30,642 nucleotides of DNA, from assembly GCA_030668345.1 (NCBI GenBank), contig DAOUUD010000001.1:1-30642 (forward strand), read 5' to 3'. This document shows, piece by piece, positions 26,986-30,642 of the stretch (its first letter is position 1; each line of letters opens with the position of its first letter). A program made the translations under genes and the position numbers. The notes below the pieces were generated by a model. That model ran no database searches. It was not told the origin of the DNA and saw only the letters and a list, made by a program, of their open reading frames with translations. The stretch comes from Candidatus Cloacimonadota bacterium (GTDB lineage: Bacteria > Cloacimonadota > Cloacimonadia > Cloacimonadales > TCS61).

Positions 26986-27945
26986 TTACTTGCTCAGGGC
27001 TTTTAGCCTTTCCAATCTCTCCGGTTCATTTGCTTGCAGCCATTCATCTTTGGAAAGGTATTCATAAGTAAGTTTGAAATATTTTTTTGCTTCAGATTTG
27101 TTATTTTTAATCAGGTAGAGTTCTGCCAGTTCTTCAAAGACATACCCATCCTGTTCGATCTGTTTTTCTTCAAATTCCTGTAACAGTTCATTCTGGATAT
27201 TCAAAGCTTCATCGTATTTTTCCAGGGAACGTAAACATCTTCCCACGTTCCATTTAGCGATACGAGTAGCTTGTTCGTTGTTTTGGGTTTTTCTCCACGC
27301 GTAACCTTTCTGGAATAGGTCCAGTGCTTTTTCAAATTCTTTCAAATCGTGATAAGTCCAGCCTATGTTGTTATAAAGGGTACCCAGCCAACCTTTACAT
27401 CTTTGATCGGATGATGCTTCTGCAATCTCCATTGCTTTCAGGCTCCAGTCTAACTGCTTTTCGGGTGGTTCCACAATTCCCATCATATGAGCTGCATCAA
27501 GTGTGTAATAATCCAGTGTATTTTCTTTCCCAAAATCATAAGCTTCCAGGAAAACAGATTTTGCAACTTCTCTTTTTCCTGAAGAATTGAGGATCCTTCC
27601 TTTTTCCAATAGATAGCGTATTTTGCCGGTTTTCATGTTTGCTGTAAGTATGCTATCGGCAGTTTCTAAAGTTCTTCCTGCTTCTTCGAATTTACCCTGC
27701 ATTCCCTGTGCTCTGGCTATCTGGGTAAGAAGCTCTACATGATATTCCGCATCGTAAGTTGTTTCGGGAGAATCTGTTAATAATGGAAGGATCTCAGCAA
27801 ATTTAGTTTCAGTAGAATCAGGTTGAGCATAATTCCACATTGCATCAAAGTTCGGGAGTGGATTAATACCTGTATCAGATTTCTTTTCCATAGAACATCC
27901 TCCAATAACTCCTGAAATAAGAAATATAAATAATATTTTTTTCAT
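26986..27945 (-). CDS. Tetratricopeptide-repeat lipoprotein
   Basis: Signal ending VIGGC (lipobox-like); TPR-type helices such as LYNNIGWTYHDLKEFEKALDLFQK and GYVFEELAELYL. Confidence 0.8.
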   Translation of the reverse strand: MKKILFIFLISGVIGGCSMEKKSDTGINPLPNFDAMWNYAQPDSTETKFAEILPLLTDSPETTYDAEYHVELLTQIARAQGMQGKFEEAGRTLETADSILTANMKTGKIRYLLEKGRILNSSGKREVAKSVFLEAYDFGKENTLDYYTLDAAHMMGIVEPPEKQLDWSLKAMEIAEASSDQRCKGWLGTLYNNIGWTYHDLKEFEKALDLFQKGYAWRKTQNNEQATRIAKWNVGRCLRSLEKYDEALNIQNELLQEFEEKQIEQDGYVFEELAELYLIKNNKSEAKKYFKLTYEYLSKDEWLQANEPERLERLKALSK

Positions 27946-27999
27946 CTGGTCTCCGTTTGTACAATTGCTAAATTCGGGAATCTATGAAAAAGTGGCAAG

Positions 28000-28031
28000 A
28001 AAAAAAAGCATCCGACAAAAGCCGGATGCTT
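28000..28031 (-). terminator. Intrinsic terminator after the beta-barrel gene
   Basis: Minus strand AAGCATCCGGC-TTTT-GTCGGATGCTT-TTTTTT: stem with one G:U pair plus a U tract. Confidence 0.85.
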
Positions 28032-28050
28032 AATTTATGAATTATGTTAA

Positions 28051-29778
28051 TTAGAGCTTAAGTGTGAAAGATAATCTAAGACCCTGGATAAAATCCTGTA
28101 GTGTGGCGAAATCAACATCGAAGAAACCTAACAGGTCGATCTGCATTTTATCGGTAGGTTTGAATCCCAGTCCATAATAGAAATCTGTGGTGCTGGTAGT
28201 TGTCTTTGAATGTTCGCTTGTAGATTCATATATATTGTTTTCAGTATCTATCTCAACTTCTCCATCGCCATAAGCGATTTCCGTTACATAGGGTTTGGAA
28301 TCAGTTATCTGCTTAGCATCGTTATTTGTTGTATATACATTTGTGAAGATAGTTCCGAATCTGGCATCCCATTTGCCGTTATTGGTAAATTGATACTCTA
28401 TACCGACCGGAAAGATGAGAGTTGTTTGAAATCTTTCATAAGTTCTATCAGCGGAAAGTCCGTAAGTTTCTGTTATCACATAATCGGCAGCGGTCGAATC
28501 ATCATCCACAAGTTCGAAGTCTTCGATATTAGCAATAGACTCTTCATAATCTGTTTCTCGAATAAGTTGATCATAATATAGCGTTCCACCGATACCAAAA
28601 TAGATTTTTTCATCCAAGGGATAATTAAGTTTACCTGAAATCCGGTATCCGAATGTTTTTTGAGTTCCATCATCGGTTATTTTTTCGATCTCGGTAAAGG
28701 TTTCCACGTAGTCCACAAGTAAAGTATCAAGTCCATCAAAGAATGTTTCGGTGGAAGTTAGAGTTTCTTCTTCCGAATTGGTATAATCACCGGAACCAAA
28801 GTTGATAGCTGCACCGAGTTTCCAATAACCGTCATTTTTACGCTCTGTAGCTTTATTGAATGTTTTCCTGAGGGAACCTCCAAGAACGAATCGGTTTTCC
28901 TTGATCTCATTCAAATTTTGTGCGTCTTCTTCTTCCACGTATGACTCTTCATAATCGGTTATTTCGGGGTCGAAATTATTAGTAGTTCCTTTTTCGTTAT
29001 AACGGAATTCGGTGGAATGATTCATTGATAAAAAGTTAATATCACCTCGAACTTCATAGCTATTCACATCCGGAAAGAGTATGGAAGTCAATATATCGAA
29101 CATAGAATTATCGTGGATATTATTGTAATCTTCAAAACCGGTTTCCATGAGGTCGTCATAATTATCGTCAATCAGAAATCTTGTATAGTTCATGAGATAA
29201 TCTTCGCTATAATCAGAGTAATCTTGAGAGAGCTTTAGGCGTGCACCTAAAACCATCGATCCCAGATCATAAGTATTATTTAGAACGAAATCCAGTGAGT
29301 TATTTTCATAGAAATTTCCTCTTTCCTGCGATATTTTCCTGATAGTATCGTAGATATCATTTCCGCTGGTATCCAGGTAAGATGTATATTCGTCGATCAA
29401 AGTGCCTTCTCCCCAGATATCATTACTTCCATTCAGGTCGGAGTCGATACCAACAGATAAAGGAGTGAGGGAATTTTCGAATCTGATCAGAATGGAATTC
29501 CAGAGGTTATTGATAAACGGATTTTGTGTGGAGAAACCGATCAGGTAAGTATCATCGGTAACATTATCGAATACATTTTCATTAGATGAAGTTAGATTAC
29601 TCAGGTTTGTATAAAGCCTGCTTCCTTCCACGAATTTAAGCTCGATAGGATCGTAAACAAGATCAAGATCATCATCGATAATAGTGCCTAAAGCAATACT
29701 GCGAAAAGATTGCGTTTGAGCATTAGCCATACTGAACAGTAAAAGTGTGAGTGCTGTTATAATTATTATTTTTTTCAT
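28051..29778 (-). CDS. Acidic secreted protein, predicted outer-membrane beta-barrel
   Basis: Signal peptide ending ANA; many alternating-hydrophobic strands (FGYRISGKLNY, IYFGIGGTLYY, FYYGLGF); C-terminal LRLSFTLKL; AAGGAG SD. Confidence 0.7.
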   Translation of the reverse strand: MKKIIIITALTLLLFSMANAQTQSFRSIALGTIIDDDLDLVYDPIELKFVEGSRLYTNLSNLTSSNENVFDNVTDDTYLIGFSTQNPFINNLWNSILIRFENSLTPLSVGIDSDLNGSNDIWGEGTLIDEYTSYLDTSGNDIYDTIRKISQERGNFYENNSLDFVLNNTYDLGSMVLGARLKLSQDYSDYSEDYLMNYTRFLIDDNYDDLMETGFEDYNNIHDNSMFDILTSILFPDVNSYEVRGDINFLSMNHSTEFRYNEKGTTNNFDPEITDYEESYVEEEDAQNLNEIKENRFVLGGSLRKTFNKATERKNDGYWKLGAAINFGSGDYTNSEEETLTSTETFFDGLDTLLVDYVETFTEIEKITDDGTQKTFGYRISGKLNYPLDEKIYFGIGGTLYYDQLIRETDYEESIANIEDFELVDDDSTAADYVITETYGLSADRTYERFQTTLIFPVGIEYQFTNNGKWDARFGTIFTNVYTTNNDAKQITDSKPYVTEIAYGDGEVEIDTENNIYESTSEHSKTTTSTTDFYYGLGFKPTDKMQIDLLGFFDVDFATLQDFIQGLRLSFTLKL

Positions 29779-29793
29779 TTTTCTGCTCCTTAC

Positions 29794-30642
29794 CTATTGA
29801 TTTACCCAGAAGTGGAATTGACCGTTATAACCATAGTCATAATAATCCCACTCGACCAGGATATTGGATTCAGCGTCCGTTACAATCCCTTCAATACCGC
29901 CATCACCAAATGTATCCCAGCAATGAACAGCATAATGTCCGTCATCCAGACCAATTGTGAATATCTGATTTTCGTAATTATAACTGAAAGTCTGATCTGT
30001 CGGGAAATAGTAAGAGCTAGTGGGATAGCAATATAAATTCCATGATGCTTCACCTGGATAAGAGTCAACTGTAACGCTGATGGTGATTATGTTTCCAGAC
30101 GGTTCAACAATGATGATAGATTCTTCATTAGAATAATCGGTGTATTCAATCGCCTGATAGTCATTATAAGCTCTCACTCGATAAGTAATGGTATCTCCAT
30201 ATTCAAATGAAGTAGTATCATAATCTGTATATTCTATAGTATTGTACATAGGAATAGTAACAATAAGTTCAAAATCTGCGCTGTTTATTTTACGCTCAAT
30301 TTCAAAACCTGTTTCCAGGTTGGAATTATCATCCCAGTTTAATATAACAGCTATTGTTCCACTTTCTTGATTTAAAGTAAGATCATCAGGTGGGTCAAAT
30401 ACTAAATCTGAAAATACAAAAGGAATACTTTCCGAAACCTGTGTTTCTTCTTCCCAGTCTCCCATTGCTTTGATACTGAATCTGTATACGGGTGTTGTTG
30501 GTAAATCATCGAAAAGCCAACTTGTAACATCTTGCCCAGTTGTGAAGGAGTCAATTGTAACAAACTGTCGAACAGTTGTAAGCGTATCAACATAGATCAT
30601 GAACCCGGTTTCAGATTCGGTGTTATCTTCCCAAGCTAACTC
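29794..30642 (-). CDS. Fibronectin type III repeat surface protein, 5' end outside the window
   Basis: The frame stays open to the window edge (ELAWEDNTESETGF precedes the track's Met at 30600). A second repeat reads LNWDDNSNLETGFEIERK...YRVRAYN. C-terminal module VDSYPGEASW...WDTFGDGG. Confidence 0.8.
   Translation of the reverse strand, partial: ELAWEDNTESETGFMIYVDTLTTVRQFVTIDSFTTGQDVTSWLFDDLPTTPVYRFSIKAMGDWEEETQVSESIPFVFSDLVFDPPDDLTLNQESGTIAVILNWDDNSNLETGFEIERKINSADFELIVTIPMYNTIEYTDYDTTSFEYGDTITYRVRAYNDYQAIEYTDYSNEESIIIVEPSGNIITISVTVDSYPGEASWNLYCYPTSSYYFPTDQTFSYNYENQIFTIGLDDGHYAVHCWDTFGDGGIEGIVTDAESNILVEWDYYDYGYNGQFHFWVNQ

Noticed and set aside
29797-30593. Short ORFs 29797-30036 (+), 29880-30068 (-) and 30402-30593 (-)
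   Set aside because: Alternative frames within the FN3 gene with no independent support.
1-30642. tRNA, rRNA, riboswitch, CRISPR array, IS/transposase, prophage or defence genes
   Set aside because: Intergenic gaps are all under about 150 nt and show no cloverleaf, aptamer or repeat-spacer pattern. No ORF has integrase, transposase or nuclease motifs. An Infernal/Rfam scan would be the decisive test.

Overview
Gene-dense, AT-rich bacterial chromosome segment with about 26 CDS. I found no tRNA, rRNA, CRISPR array or mobile element. The cell is a diderm (ExbBD/TonB, beta-barrel protein, lipoproteins) that also carries a membrane diadenylate cyclase, Pdp and a Firmicute-like fabF-rnc-radical SAM order. 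This mix suggests Cloacimonadota or another FCB-adjacent lineage (inference only). Layout from left to right: (1) minus-strand cluster rpmF-plsX-fabH-fabD-fabG-acpP-fabF-rnc-radical SAM-vWA membrane protein. rpmF and the vWA gene are absent from the supplied ORF track. (2) Minus-strand aroC/chorismate mutase fusion, aroD/aroE fusion, transglutaminase-like lipoprotein and pdp. (3) Divergent, tightly coupled exbB-exbD-tonB-folP-dacA-coaE operon, then a small secreted protein. (4) A 1483-aa REC-PAS-GAF-HD-GYP protein. (5) AI-2E transporter with a PDZ/radical SAM (DUF512-like) gene, and a TPR lipoprotein. (6) An FN3-repeat surface protein coupled to an acidic outer-membrane barrel candidate. The strongest leads are the AroC-AroQ fusion, the FolP N-terminal extension resembling a dihydropteroate reductase domain, the FN3 cargo/barrel pair, the variant HD-GYP and DacA motifs, and a long hairpin between acpP and fabF in the rnc-containing cluster. 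All family assignments come from motif recognition by eye; no database search was run.
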